From: an uncultured Gemmatimonadales bacterium | Lineage (GTDB): Bacteria; Gemmatimonadota; Gemmatimonadetes; Gemmatimonadales; Gemmatimonadaceae | DNA length: 64,000 nt | Direction of reading: 5' to 3' | Assembly (NCBI GenBank): GCA_963701965.1 | Contig: OY969695.1 | Coordinates: 928,001-992,000 of the forward strand | Part shown: positions 31,216-42,012 of the stretch, piece after piece | How positions within the stretch are numbered: the stretch's first letter is position 1 | Layout: every line of letters begins with the position of its first letter | The notes under the pieces: generated by a model | Seen by the model: the letters and a program-made list of their open reading frames with translations, nothing else | Told to the model about the DNA's origin: nothing | Databases searched by the model: none | Translations under genes and position numbers: made by a program

Positions 31216-34200
31216 TCAGATCCCTCCCTGTTCCTCGCGTCGCACGCGCTCACCCTCACGCTCATACGACGCGACAATTTCGCGCATTGTCACCGCAAGG
31301 CGAGGGTACCCGGCTGTGTCTACGTCTTGAGCCTGTAGACGATACTTGTCCGCCAGCGCGGCCTCGGCCTTGCCGGTGGGATCGACCCAGTGGGCTCCGC
31401 GTGAGTTTAGGATCTCGTTTCGAAATCCGTCTCGAAGATCGGACGCGTCCTTCGCGTTGAGGGCGCGCGCCACGGCTTGGTGAATCCACAACCCGCCAGG
31501 GTCTGCCGGGGCATGGGCCAGTACGCGACCGACCATTATCATGGCCACCTCCAAATGGCCCGTGGACTCGGTTTGCTGCTTTGCAGTCTCCAACCATTGA
31601 GCCAAACGATCGCCATCGTATCCTCCGTGAGCGACCGAGCCAGGTGGCGTGTGCCATTCATTCAAGAGGCGATACCCGTTCATGACGATCGCCCAATGCG
31701 ACGAGTCTTCGCTCTCATCGTTGGTTGGCGCAGTGTGCTTTGAACGAAATGCCAGACGAATTACCTCGGAGAAGAACGCTGGATCTGTCGCCAGTCTATC
31801 CTCTAAGGCCTGCGGCGTGGCGCCGTGATATCCGTGTAGGAGGGGCAAGAACGCCCATTCGACTCGAAACAAGTCTTCAGGCGCTGTGCGGGAATCCTCC
31901 TGCAATGCCTTTATGACCTCGATCGTTTCGTACTCCGGCGGAGTGCGCGATCCATCGTGCGTATTCAGGGCTTCTAGCAATGCACGTACAGCGAGTGAAG
32001 GATCAAATCGATCTTTCTTGTGCACCACTTGACTGAGGCATTGTATGGCAGCCACAGGTCGGCCGTGATCAGTCAGTTGCTGCGCCGCAAATAGCAAATC
32101 GGGTGGCTCAACTTGAAACGGATTGACGGCGGCTTTCTTCCAGTACGCGCCAATGTTCTCTCCGAGCAATCGGCTTGCGTGATCCCATACCTCTCGATTG
32201 AAGGGAAGAAACGATAGAAATAGCGCGATTTGTTCGACGCTCCATATCGATGCGATGACGCCATTGACCCAGGGCCAGCGCTGGTCCTGAAAGCGGGCCA
32301 TGACAAATGCGCCGGCCAATTTGGCGATCGCTTGTTGCGGAGATTCGAGCAAATCCGGAAGTACGTCTACGTCGACCTTGGGTGGCGCAACACGCCCTAA
32401 CGCGGCGCCAACCTGCCACGGTGCTTCGACCGCAGTAGCGAATTCGAGCACTGCTTTGAGCCCCCCACTATCAGCGATCTCGGCGACAGCCTGACTGCGG
32501 CGCTCTTCAAGTTTTCGGTAGAGTTCCTGGTAATCTTCGCCTCTATCGAGCAGCGTGAGAACGTTTTCGCTGAACAGGCGTTGATGTCGCATGCTCGGCG
32601 CACCGGGATCGAGGGCCGTTGCCACTTCCTCGAGTTCGGCCAATCTGCCGGAGCCTATCGCCCACGCTGCGTCCGCGAAGCGACGGTGCTTGTCGATGAC
32701 GGCAACGAGGCCGCTCCAAAGCTGGTGTCGAGCTTCCTCCGGCAGAGATTTTATCTCATCAGATCGAAGGTAAGATAGAATTTTTTCGCCTGTTGCCTTC
32801 GGTAAGTTCTCCCAGTGATCCATGAGTTGCCGCATCTTCGCTGGATCCTGCGCTGCCGCCTCGAATGCAAGGTCCGCGTACGCGGTGACTTGTTCCCAAT
32901 ACTCTGCGTGAGTGGTGCCTGCGGTCCAGTCATCGGGGATGATCGGGCGCCACGCGGGACGGCGAGTGTAGCCCGATGCGCTGTGTACCTCTGGCAGAAG
33001 TGCGAGTAGCAGTTTCCACCCCACATCGGGATACTCACTGAGTAAGGTGGCCGCTGCGCTGCGGCGCTGCGAGACCGGCGCGAGTGTTTGGGGTAACCAC
33101 GGAAGGAGAATCGTGCGCAGGGAATTCGCAGGACGATTCGATATCATTCCTCCTGGGTCAATGGCTGCTAGCCCGCCTAAGCACATCGCGGCCTGATTCA
33201 AATACTCGGGTGCCCACGCTAAAGTCTCCAACGCCCAAAGGACACCAGTAGAGTACGAACGGCTCATGATGCCGTCGCCCTCCTCCGCGAACACATCGCG
33301 GAACACTGAGTTATCCGCGTCTATCGCGTCCTGAAGGCGCCCCAAAAACTCCTGCGGTGCCGCCTCGGCGAGGAGCGGAAGCACATCATTCAGACTGGCC
33401 CACTTAATGGCACTGGCTTCTGACAACAGGGCACGAATGGTCAGAACCGCTGTCGCTTCAGCTTTGCCGAATGAGCAGTTGGTGAGCGCTTCGTCGCGAC
33501 TTCCTACTAGCGCCAGCGCTTCCGCGAGTCCCATGCGGAGGCGCTTGGAGAACTTGCGCGCCTTGCCGTAAATCGACGCTGCGAATCGCTCCTCTTTTGC
33601 GAGGTCGAGCACGGGGTCGTTTTCGCTGAGTACGTCCGTGGCAGCTTTCTGTAACCTTTCGAGATGTTCGTCATACAAACGCGGCCCCAACGCGTACCAG
33701 CCTTCGAAGCGCGCGACAAATCTCCAGTGGCCGTCTTGCTGAACAAGGGGAGTGTCCGGGCCAAGCGCGATCTCACGCACACGGCCGATCCACTCCCCGT
33801 AGGAGTTTCCCGATAGGTTCTCCACAATGGCCTTATCTCCCTCGCTCGTCTCGACCCAACTGCCGAGTAGTTCCGCGATGACGAGGTCGGAGGCGGCTGA
33901 CGTTTCGGCCCAGCTCGGGTGCAGGGAGAGGTTCTGAATGCAACGGAGGAGTGACCCGAGAATGCCACCTGATTTCGCGGCGAGAGTCCTGGCTCGCTCT
34001 GAGCTATAGCCGGCCTTTTCCAACGCGTCTTGTATCTGGCCGATTTTTGGAGCGGGCAGGGCGGCCCTGCTCGGATCAGGGATACCACCCGGATCGCCCC
34101 GGAAGATCACGGCGTGGCCACCTCGGTGTGCCTTCTGAATCAGTATCGTGCCTGCTTCGCCAGCCAGATCGAGCATCGAATCGGCTATTAGGATGTGCCG

Positions 34201-35025
34201 TTGACGCTGGGCAACCACAGCGTTCCATGCGGCGCTGCTGGAAACGATCACACACCGACCTTCTGCATCCAACCGACTCGCTTCGCTAAGCTCCGCGACG
34301 TGAGCGCTAACGAATCCGACTACCTGATCCGTGTAAGGTGTGTCCAGTTTGAGATGCTTGGTCTTGTCGGCTAGTACTTGGTCCAGCTTCTCGCGAGCCC
34401 CTTCGCGGTTGACTAAGAATATCTGCGGAGGTAAGGGAGGAGGATCGCCGATTGAACTAATTATATCCCATCTTTGGCCGACCGTGTCTAAGTCCGCGGC
34501 CACAGGACCCACAGTTTGCTGAATGAGCCACGCGTTGACGGAGTGAAACTCGCGAATCCACTCATTCAATCTCGTTCCGTCAATGACCCTGACGGCTTTC
34601 CAGTCGTTGCAACCTCGTCGTTCTTGGAGCCAGTCTCGTTGTTGTCCTTCCTTCCAAGTGTCCTTCCAGTCTCTAAGACTTGAAAGCGGAGTAACGAACA
34701 CGAACGTCGCATCCTTCCTGTCATCTTCTGGGACGGCTTTGGTGCGATCTCGGTAGTCGCTTGTGGCTTTATCGCCGGCATCCAGGCTTGTCCCAATTTC
34801 CCAGAACGACACGCCATCCGGGACGAATGGATCGAGACCAAGCTCGATATCCAGATAGCCATCCGCGCCGTGCTGGCCGATACTGTCGCCACGAGGAAAC
34901 CTCCGGTCGCGCGGGCTCGGACATGAAGCAGCTACAAGCCGCGCGACAAGTTCGACGATCACTCCTTGTGCGATCCTCGAATTGCCACGGACCCACTCGT
35001 CCAGCTGCGCCTCGGTAATCCACAT
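31216..35025 (-). CDS. Large (~1269 aa) putative defence protein: restriction-endonuclease-like N-terminus plus long helical region
   Basis: GADG..WEIG..KATSDY (PD-(D/E)XK-like); RBS GAGGAG at ATG 35025; lower GC than the flanks. Confidence 0.7.
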   Translation of the reverse strand: MWITEAQLDEWVRGNSRIAQGVIVELVARLVAASCPSPRDRRFPRGDSIGQHGADGYLDIELGLDPFVPDGVSFWEIGTSLDAGDKATSDYRDRTKAVPEDDRKDATFVFVTPLSSLRDWKDTWKEGQQRDWLQERRGCNDWKAVRVIDGTRLNEWIREFHSVNAWLIQQTVGPVAADLDTVGQRWDIISSIGDPPPLPPQIFLVNREGAREKLDQVLADKTKHLKLDTPYTDQVVGFVSAHVAELSEASRLDAEGRCVIVSSSAAWNAVVAQRQRHILIADSMLDLAGEAGTILIQKAHRGGHAVIFRGDPGGIPDPSRAALPAPKIGQIQDALEKAGYSSERARTLAAKSGGILGSLLRCIQNLSLHPSWAETSAASDLVIAELLGSWVETSEGDKAIVENLSGNSYGEWIGRVREIALGPDTPLVQQDGHWRFVARFEGWYALGPRLYDEHLERLQKAATDVLSENDPVLDLAKEERFAASIYGKARKFSKRLRMGLAEALALVGSRDEALTNCSFGKAEATAVLTIRALLSEASAIKWASLNDVLPLLAEAAPQEFLGRLQDAIDADNSVFRDVFAEEGDGIMSRSYSTGVLWALETLAWAPEYLNQAAMCLGGLAAIDPGGMISNRPANSLRTILLPWLPQTLAPVSQRRSAAATLLSEYPDVGWKLLLALLPEVHSASGYTRRPAWRPIIPDDWTAGTTHAEYWEQVTAYADLAFEAAAQDPAKMRQLMDHWENLPKATGEKILSYLRSDEIKSLPEEARHQLWSGLVAVIDKHRRFADAAWAIGSGRLAELEEVATALDPGAPSMRHQRLFSENVLTLLDRGEDYQELYRKLEERRSQAVAEIADSGGLKAVLEFATAVEAPWQVGAALGRVAPPKVDVDVLPDLLESPQQAIAKLAGAFVMARFQDQRWPWVNGVIASIWSVEQIALFLSFLPFNREVWDHASRLLGENIGAYWKKAAVNPFQVEPPDLLFAAQQLTDHGRPVAAIQCLSQVVHKKDRFDPSLAVRALLEALNTHDGSRTPPEYETIEVIKALQEDSRTAPEDLFRVEWAFLPLLHGYHGATPQALEDRLATDPAFFSEVIRLAFRSKHTAPTNDESEDSSHWAIVMNGYRLLNEWHTPPGSVAHGGYDGDRLAQWLETAKQQTESTGHLEVAMIMVGRVLAHAPADPGGLWIHQAVARALNAKDASDLRDGFRNEILNSRGAHWVDPTGKAEAALADKYRLQAQDVDTAGYPRLAVTMREIVASYEREGERVRREEQGGI

Positions 35026-35319
35026 CGCTACTCCTCGGTGGATTGAAGCCGCGCCACTAACGTGAGCGGCGGCCCGGTAGGGGCGAATCCGACGCGCACA
35101 AACATACGACTCTGGTGCATGGGCCGGCAGGGATCGGGAGGGGCGCGCTCGCGCTGGGCACATTTTGGGCACATTCATCCGCAAAACACCGCAATCGGAT
35201 GCGAAGCGGCGCTGGCGTAGTTCGCCGCCAGCGCCGCAATCCCAACGTCTGGCGGCATCGTGCAACTCAGCGTAAACGGGTCGCGAGAATTTAGCAAAAC
35301 CAAGCGCTGTGGCCCTCTC

Positions 35320-35732
35320 GCCGCCCAAGGCCCGCGCAGCAACCGCTTCCAAGACACTGACGCAAGCCCGGCACCCACCAGCCTACAATCTCGGGATCGT
35401 AGTAGGTCGGGTCGCGGAGTACGCCCTCGACGCGTGGCCGAGCGGTGACACGAGCCAATAGTGTCGTGCATCCGGATCCGCCGCATTGAGCGGCTAGTCG
35501 GCGTAGTGGGCCACCGCATCAGGATCGGTGATAATCGCGCGCCAGAAGTTGACAATGTAACAGTCCCGATCGCAGGCGGTCTCTACCCTCACCGCATGCG
35601 GGCAACGCAGCCGTACGATAGGCGACCCGGCGAAGGGCTCTACGTAATTTGGCACATCGCCGAATCGGCTCCACACGAGCAATGCCGCGCGCGACTTGCC
35701 GCCAAACCACGGGAACGGTACCCGCACCCTAC
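35320..35732 (-). pseudogene. DNA adenine methyltransferase remnant
   Basis: PFPWFGGKS..YVEPFAGS..NFWRA, an in-frame TAG at 35494, then ARHYWLV..DPTYYD..GWW in shifted frames. Confidence 0.75.
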
Positions 35733-36259
35733 CACGTCCATACCGGACGCAGGACGGCAATCACGTCGTGCGTTGACACCGGTCCGAAATACCGACTATC
35801 GAAGGACCGCACGTTATGGGTGCCAACCAACCAAAGCTGTCCGGGTTCAAGTACCCACTGAACGCCGGTGAGCTGGGGCAACGACCGGCCGCGGGAGTCG
35901 ACGCGTAACGGAGCCGTGGACGCGACGGGACGACCATTGACGACGAGACCCGTCGCCGTGACCTGCACGGTATCGCTCGGTCCGGCGGCGACTTGCTTTC
36001 CAAGAGGCTCAATGTCCGCAGGGCACCGCCCCTGCGTCAAGTAGCCACGTGCGCGCGCCAACACCGCCACGTTTCGTGGCAGACAGACGAGCACTATGTC
36101 ACCGCGGCCCGGCCGCGCGCCTTGCACCATGCGATAAAGGCCTATCGGAATGCTGGGCAATGTGTTGATCGGATAGAGGCCCTCAGCGGCGATCGAGAGT
36201 ACGGCGTGTGCCAGTGCGGCGGCAACGCCCGGCGCCAGGAGACGACACCACGCATTCAT
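35729..36259 (-). CDS. traF: Conjugative transfer signal peptidase (S26 family)
   Basis: PSIPIGLY, LGKQVAA and SFDSRYFGPV. Confidence 0.9.
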   Translation of the reverse strand: MNAWCRLLAPGVAAALAHAVLSIAAEGLYPINTLPSIPIGLYRMVQGARPGRGDIVLVCLPRNVAVLARARGYLTQGRCPADIEPLGKQVAAGPSDTVQVTATGLVVNGRPVASTAPLRVDSRGRSLPQLTGVQWVLEPGQLWLVGTHNVRSFDSRYFGPVSTHDVIAVLRPVWTW

Positions 36260-38103
36260 AAGGCACGCGAGGGAGGCTGAATGAGTGACGCCAAGTCACG
36301 ATCGGTGCGGTAGTCGAGCCGTCGTGCCCGTATCGGCGCCGCGCCGCGCGGAAAGACGACTACTTCGTCGCGCGCGAGTCGGCGCGCCTCGTCCGGGAAC
36401 AGCAGCCGCCGGCCGTGTTCCGACACGGATGCAGAGGCGCTCTCCTGACTGCTGCCGCCGCGACCGTGGCTCACGCCCGCTGAGCGATTCTCGCTGGAGA
36501 CGCGAACCGTCGCGTCACCCGTGAGCTTGGAAACAAGTTCCGCCGTGCGATAGTCGTTGATGCCGAACAGCATGGTGATGTCCGCATTGCTTATGAAGGT
36601 CTCCCACGACTTGGGATAGGTCCGTTGCAGCCCCGCAATGTCTTGCGCGATGAGCCAGAATCGGACGCCGGCGCCCGCGGCAATCGTGAACTCCTCCTCG
36701 ATCGGATCGAGACGCCCGAGATTTTGGACTTCGTCGAGCAGCGCCAGCCAGCCAGGATGCGAGCGATCGAAGTGCGTGGTCACCTCACGTAAGAAGGTGC
36801 CGACTACCAGCCGACAGTATCGGCGCGCCGTCTTGGTGCGGCGGCGCGGGACAATGAGATAGATCGTCATCGGCTGACCGGTGTCGCCAAACGAGATCGT
36901 GGAGTCGGCCATCGCCGTTGCCAGGAGCGGACTGTCCAAGAAGTGCGTATGCGCATACGCCGTCGCGAGCACGCCGGCGAGCGTGCGCTCGTCCAATTGA
37001 CTGAGCTGCGCTGCGGTGCGCTTGATGAGGCCATGCTGGCTCCGGTCGTTCGCCATGTCAGTGAGCACTCCGGCAAACTCGGTCTTCGGGCGACACAACA
37101 ACGCCCGGACGCCCGGCAAGTCACGATGTTGCGCATGTTTCTCCGCCGTCGCGACGTGGAGAATGAGGCCGGCGATCAGGGCTCGGGCTGACTCGTTCCA
37201 GAACGCCGCGTCTGCGCCACGGTCCTCCGGGTCCACCAGCAGATCAGCGAGGTACCACGCATCCTCGCCCGCCTCGGGATTCTGCGCGGAGATGAGGTCG
37301 AGCGCATTCATCTGCGCGCCGTTATCGGACACGACGGCGTAGGGATCGAGGGCGATGACCCGGTGCCCCATCGCTTCGCGGCGGGCGGCGGTCAGCCGGT
37401 AGTTCTCACCTTTCGGATCCGTCACGAACATGCTATCCGGACAGGTCAGCAGCGCCGGAATAACGAGGCCGACCCCCTTCCCTGCGCGTGTCGGCGCCAC
37501 GGCGAGTAGGTGGCCGTCGCCCGCGTACCGCAGCAGTCGTCCCTCCGCATCGCGTCCGAGCGGCAGACCCTTCGCGACGCGGAGCTCCCGGCCGTCCCCC
37601 CACGCCGCACTGCCATGCGACTCGCTCAACCGCACATCGTCGCGGCGCGCAGCGGCCGCCAGAGACGCCACCGTGAGCGCCACGAGTGCGGCGGCGAACG
37701 CGAGCCAGCCATCGCGCAGAAATGGCGTAAGTGCCGCGACATTACGGTACGCCCAGGACCACACGAGGAGACGCTCCGGCGCGTATATGCGTCCGCCCGA
37801 GAATACGAGCAGCAGGGCCGCGAGGCCCACGAGCGGCGCCAAGCGCCGCCACCTACGGATGCAGAGGAGTATGACCGCTACAAGCGCTATCCACGCCGCG
37901 CCGGGAGCAATCCATCGCGACAGGGCCGCCGGTGCCACGTAGAGGGGCGGCCCTAAGTTCGCGTGGTCATGAAGGCGAAGCGCGACGTAGCGCGTGGCAA
38001 TTCCTAAGGCGATCAGCGTATCGATCAACAGCACCAACAGCAGGGCACGCCGGCGTGTCGCGCCGAGCGGCGGTGGGCCGACGGTCGCGCGACCGCCCTT
38101 CAC
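36256..38103 (-). CDS. traG: Type IV coupling protein TraG/VirD4
   Basis: HGSAAW, APTRAGKGVG, TDPKGEN and LLDEVQNLG. Confidence 0.95.
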   Translation of the reverse strand: MKGGRATVGPPPLGATRRRALLLVLLIDTLIALGIATRYVALRLHDHANLGPPLYVAPAALSRWIAPGAAWIALVAVILLCIRRWRRLAPLVGLAALLLVFSGGRIYAPERLLVWSWAYRNVAALTPFLRDGWLAFAAALVALTVASLAAAARRDDVRLSESHGSAAWGDGRELRVAKGLPLGRDAEGRLLRYAGDGHLLAVAPTRAGKGVGLVIPALLTCPDSMFVTDPKGENYRLTAARREAMGHRVIALDPYAVVSDNGAQMNALDLISAQNPEAGEDAWYLADLLVDPEDRGADAAFWNESARALIAGLILHVATAEKHAQHRDLPGVRALLCRPKTEFAGVLTDMANDRSQHGLIKRTAAQLSQLDERTLAGVLATAYAHTHFLDSPLLATAMADSTISFGDTGQPMTIYLIVPRRRTKTARRYCRLVVGTFLREVTTHFDRSHPGWLALLDEVQNLGRLDPIEEEFTIAAGAGVRFWLIAQDIAGLQRTYPKSWETFISNADITMLFGINDYRTAELVSKLTGDATVRVSSENRSAGVSHGRGGSSQESASASVSEHGRRLLFPDEARRLARDEVVVFPRGAAPIRARRLDYRTDRDLASLIQPPSRAL

Positions 38104-39380
38104 GGCGCGGCGGCGCCGTAAGGGCGCGGGAACGACAGGTCTGTCGTCAACAGCAGGTTGAACAATGCGCCGGGTGGGAGGGTCAGCGTGGGAGGGACAT
38201 CGAGTTCGCGCCGAACGATCTCGAGTCCGACGGTGCCCAACTCCTGCCCAAGGGATCCGGCGAGCACCTGTCCGACGCTCGGCGTCGTCAACACGGAGCC
38301 GCCGTTTTGTGGTTGGCTCAGCTCGACGCCGGCGCCGATCGCAGCAGCAATGCCGGCCGCGCTGAACGTCCGAAAGGAATGGTTGTCCACGTCCGCGGCG
38401 ACACCGGCTGCGCCACGCTCGTCGGTCGCTGGCTGCCCCGGTAGATCAATTACCTCCCCGTTCGGCAGGTTGATGCGGACCCACGCGAGCGCCACGCGCT
38501 TTTGACCGTGCACGACTCCCGACCCGAGGTGACCGACTAATCGCGCCCCCTTGGGGATCAAGACGACAGACTCGGTCGGACTATCGTAGACATCGCGCGT
38601 CACTTGCGCCCCGACGTCGCCAGGCAGATCGCTGTTGAGGGCCGTCACCAAAACAGCCGAGATGACGGACCCCGCCGTGAGTAGGAATCCAGTGTTCGAC
38701 TGACGCGCGTTGACCGCGATCACGGGCACCGGCCCCTCCCGCGCCACGAGCTGCGACACGGGCTGGCGCGGGTCACCACCGCGTCGCGTCGGCAGCCCAC
38801 CAGCGACTTGCAGCGGAGAGGCCACCGGCGGCGCCCCCGCCTCCGGACCACCCTGGGTCGGAAGGTCAGCGCCCTCCCGACGGTCGGTTACTCCAGCAGC
38901 GACCGTCAGCGGGCTTCTAAGGGCCCTCCAGTAGTCGTCCTCGCTGTCACTGCGCATCGTCGGAGGGGCAACATCGGGCGAGCGATAGAGCGGCGCGTCA
39001 GCAGTGGTGCCCGTTGTGTAGCGGCCAGAGATCGCCACCCGCGTTGAATCGCCAGCGATCGGAGGCGGCACCACCGCCGGACTGTCAATGCCGGCCGCTC
39101 CGCTGGCGCCGCTTGGAGGCATCGGAGCCGGGCCAGGGCGATCCAAGAACAATGGCGGTGGGGGTGACGCCGCCCGCGCCCCGCTCGCCGCTGCCGCGAC
39201 GGGAGAGGCGCCCTTGGCGGGGACGAGGAACACCACCGCCACGAGTGCCGCCATCCCGAGAACGCAGCCGGCGACGATCAGGGCGTTGCGATTGAGGCGT
39301 TCGGCAAGCGGCGCCGTCGGCCGCTGGAGAGGCATCGGCGTGCGGTCTCGCGGCGTCTTCCCTGAATCGTGATCGCTCAT
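38100..39380 (-). CDS. trbI: TrbI/VirB10
   Basis: AGSVISAVLVTALNSDLPG..DVYD..IPKGARLVG..VDNH. Confidence 0.92.
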   Translation of the reverse strand: MSDHDSGKTPRDRTPMPLQRPTAPLAERLNRNALIVAGCVLGMAALVAVVFLVPAKGASPVAAAASGARAASPPPPLFLDRPGPAPMPPSGASGAAGIDSPAVVPPPIAGDSTRVAISGRYTTGTTADAPLYRSPDVAPPTMRSDSEDDYWRALRSPLTVAAGVTDRREGADLPTQGGPEAGAPPVASPLQVAGGLPTRRGGDPRQPVSQLVAREGPVPVIAVNARQSNTGFLLTAGSVISAVLVTALNSDLPGDVGAQVTRDVYDSPTESVVLIPKGARLVGHLGSGVVHGQKRVALAWVRINLPNGEVIDLPGQPATDERGAAGVAADVDNHSFRTFSAAGIAAAIGAGVELSQPQNGGSVLTTPSVGQVLAGSLGQELGTVGLEIVRRELDVPPTLTLPPGALFNLLLTTDLSFPRPYGAAAP

Positions 39381-39389
39381 CGGCGGCGA

Positions 39390-40298
39390 CTATCGATCCG
39401 GACGCCAGCGCGCATTCATCACTTCTACGGTGCGCTCGTTCTTCCCCGTTCCCAGCGCGAGGACGGCCCGATCAAAAATGTGGTCGGTCTTGTAGGTCCC
39501 GTCGCGGAGAACATAGTTGAGCAAGGCACGTGTGCCGTCCGGCTGGATCTCCCACAATGCTGGTGCGGCGGCGAATCGCGCCGTTTCTGGCAGGCGGATA
39601 TACACATGGGCGCTATCGTCGTAGACCTGCTCCGGCGCCCACGGCACCGCTTTGGCCGCGTGCCATTGGTAAGCAAAATTGAGCCGCTCCGGTGGCGCGG
39701 GTGGAGACCCACCAGCGCTCGGATTCGGATTGGGCATTGCCGCGACGGTCGGCGGCGCTGTGCTCCCCGAGTCGACCCGGCCCGATCGTGCGGCATCGGG
39801 GAAGTAGAACGCGACGTGGCGAACGGTCGGTGCGCTGGCGGTCCCGGCGCGGCCGACGCATGGCGGTGCCCGGAGCGCGACGTCGTACACGCGGCGATCG
39901 GTGGCGATCAAGAGGTTCGTCGCGACGTCACAGGCGGTTGGTTTCACCACAACCAACATCCGGGGAACGTCTCCACCTTGCGCGAGGGTATCGAGCTTCC
40001 AGCGCACGGCGTCGCAGCGCGCAATGCCGGTCACGCGTTCACCCGGCTCCAGGCTGACATAGCACGCGTGCAGCGGCGCACAAATCATTTCCGGTTCGGC
40101 GTACCCGAACGGATACACCACCGCATCGGCTGTCCGGACGACTCGCGGGGTCCATCCGTGCTCTCGGACCTCCGCGAGCGCGATCGCGACGGCCCCGCTC
40201 TCGACCGACTGCCCCTGCGCTCGCGCGCCGATCACGGCCGACTGCATCGCGACGAATGCAACGAACGCCAGGAATCGCCGACTCTTCCCATCCGTCAT
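39390..40298 (-). CDS. trbG: TrbG/VirB9
   Basis: Signal peptide, LEPGE, TNLLIATDRRVY and LNFAY..PEQVYDD. Confidence 0.9.
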   Translation of the reverse strand: MTDGKSRRFLAFVAFVAMQSAVIGARAQGQSVESGAVAIALAEVREHGWTPRVVRTADAVVYPFGYAEPEMICAPLHACYVSLEPGERVTGIARCDAVRWKLDTLAQGGDVPRMLVVVKPTACDVATNLLIATDRRVYDVALRAPPCVGRAGTASAPTVRHVAFYFPDAARSGRVDSGSTAPPTVAAMPNPNPSAGGSPPAPPERLNFAYQWHAAKAVPWAPEQVYDDSAHVYIRLPETARFAAAPALWEIQPDGTRALLNYVLRDGTYKTDHIFDRAVLALGTGKNERTVEVMNARWRPDR

Positions 40299-41037
40299 CG
40301 TGCCTCCATAGCCGAGTTCGCGACGCCCTCGCGGACAGCGCGACCCACTTTCGACCAAGAAATCGACGTCACGTAGACGCCGAGGGGATTCGCGATCACA
40401 TCGTCGAGTGACCGCGGTGTGGCGAGCCGTGTCCCGAGGTACGCCTCCCAGGCGGCCGAGGACGGAGCACCGCCGCCGGCGGCGATCGGCCAGTCAGTCT
40501 CGACCACGCGACCCGGTAGACGGACAACGCGGGCACGCGGAGGAGCCCTGTGATCTCTACGGTACGTACGCGGTCGCGGGCGATCGTCCGCGGGTTGTTG
40601 GCCGTGTCGCCGAACCACTGATTCAGGAAGGTCGCCGCTGCAGGGTCGACGAATGCGTAGGCACGACTGACGACGTCCTTCTCCGCGACGTCCGTGGGAT
40701 ACACGGTCCGGACATCACGCACGAAGTCAGCGATCTGCGACCGAACGACCCGCTCATCTGGCGCGCGGAGCTGTTCGGCCGGCCCGAACGCCTTGGCCCG
40801 GCCAAACCGATCCACCTCGACGATCCACGGAATGACCCGAGCTGAGAGGACGAGCCAGACGCACGTTCCCGCTAATACCGCTGTCACCACCAGTTGCCCG
40901 AAGAACGCCCGCTGCCAGTTGGCCTTGGCCCGCGCGAGGTTGGTCCACGCATGCTCGAACTCGTGACGGGCCGCGAGAAATACCGGCTCGTCGCTTGCCG
41001 GCGCAGCCGGCCGTATCCGCTCCCGGCGCAGTCTCAT
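40295..41037 (-). CDS. trbF: TrbF/VirB8 (frameshifted)
   Basis: ARHEF..NWQ, PWIVEVDRFG and NPLGVYVTSISW. Confidence 0.88.
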
Positions 41038-42012
41038 AGCGCCCGCAGGGCCGCCGCGATCCCGAGCGATTGGTGGCCCGCAATGCGCTCCGCGACACGA
41101 TCCGGAATGCGGATCACCATCAACGCGAAGATGAGCGCGCCACCGAAGACCTCGCCGAGCGCTTCCATGCCGAGCTGTCCAATCGCGACGAAATGCGCCT
41201 GCACGACCCAGGTCCGACTCATGTCCATCCCGACCGCAACGAGCAGGTAGAGCAGAAATATCTTGATCGCGACGCTGAGCGCATCCGGGGGACTCCCCTG
41301 CATCAGTACCGCCGTACCCGAAAAGCGGGTCAGCCCCATGAACAGCGCACCGGCAGATCGCGATGCTGAAGCTTGATGAAAGCAACAACAAGCAGCACCG
41401 CGATACGACGTAGGCGACGGCAACGATTAATGCTTCGGCGGCACCAACGAGTGCGGTCGCGACATTGCGCAGTGTGCCAATGCCCTCGAAGGAGAGCAGC
41501 ATCTCGCCACTCAGTGACCAGCCCAGGCTCACCGACTTCGGACGGTCCGACGACCCCCGCGGTGCCGATCGCGCGTTCACCCGCCGTGGCGAACCCGCCG
41601 ACGATCGGCGGAACCCAAAAGCTGTACGACGTGACGAGCGTGAGCAGGCCAGCAATGAAGCAGAATTTCAGGATGAACCGGCCGGCGATATCGTCGAGCG
41701 CATCGCGCCGCAATCCGTCAATGGCGCCCGACACGGCAAACTCCAGACCGGCCGAACGACGAACGTTCGTTGTGCGATGGGCGTCAGGCTCGCGAGCCAC
41801 CCTTGAGACGCCACCTTGTATTGGTGCGCCATACCATCGAGCATGCCGCCCGGTTGGACCGCGGTCTGTGCGTACAGTCCAGACGCGACTACGAGTCCAA
41901 TGGCGGTCAGCATGAAGGACGCCCACACCGACGCGTGCGGCGACCGGAGGAGTGCGCCGAGCCGCGCGCGCCACGGGCCCACAACTTGGCTGGGCACCGA
42001 GCGCCCGATCAT
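41034..42012 (-). CDS. trbL: TrbL/VirB6 (several frameshifts)
   Basis: Polytopic hydrophobic segments across frames; located between trbJ and trbF. Confidence 0.75.

Noticed and set aside
35026..35352. 109-aa N-terminal extension of the large defence-like ORF
   Set aside because: A strong RBS sits at ATG 35025 and the extension overlaps the methyltransferase remnant region.
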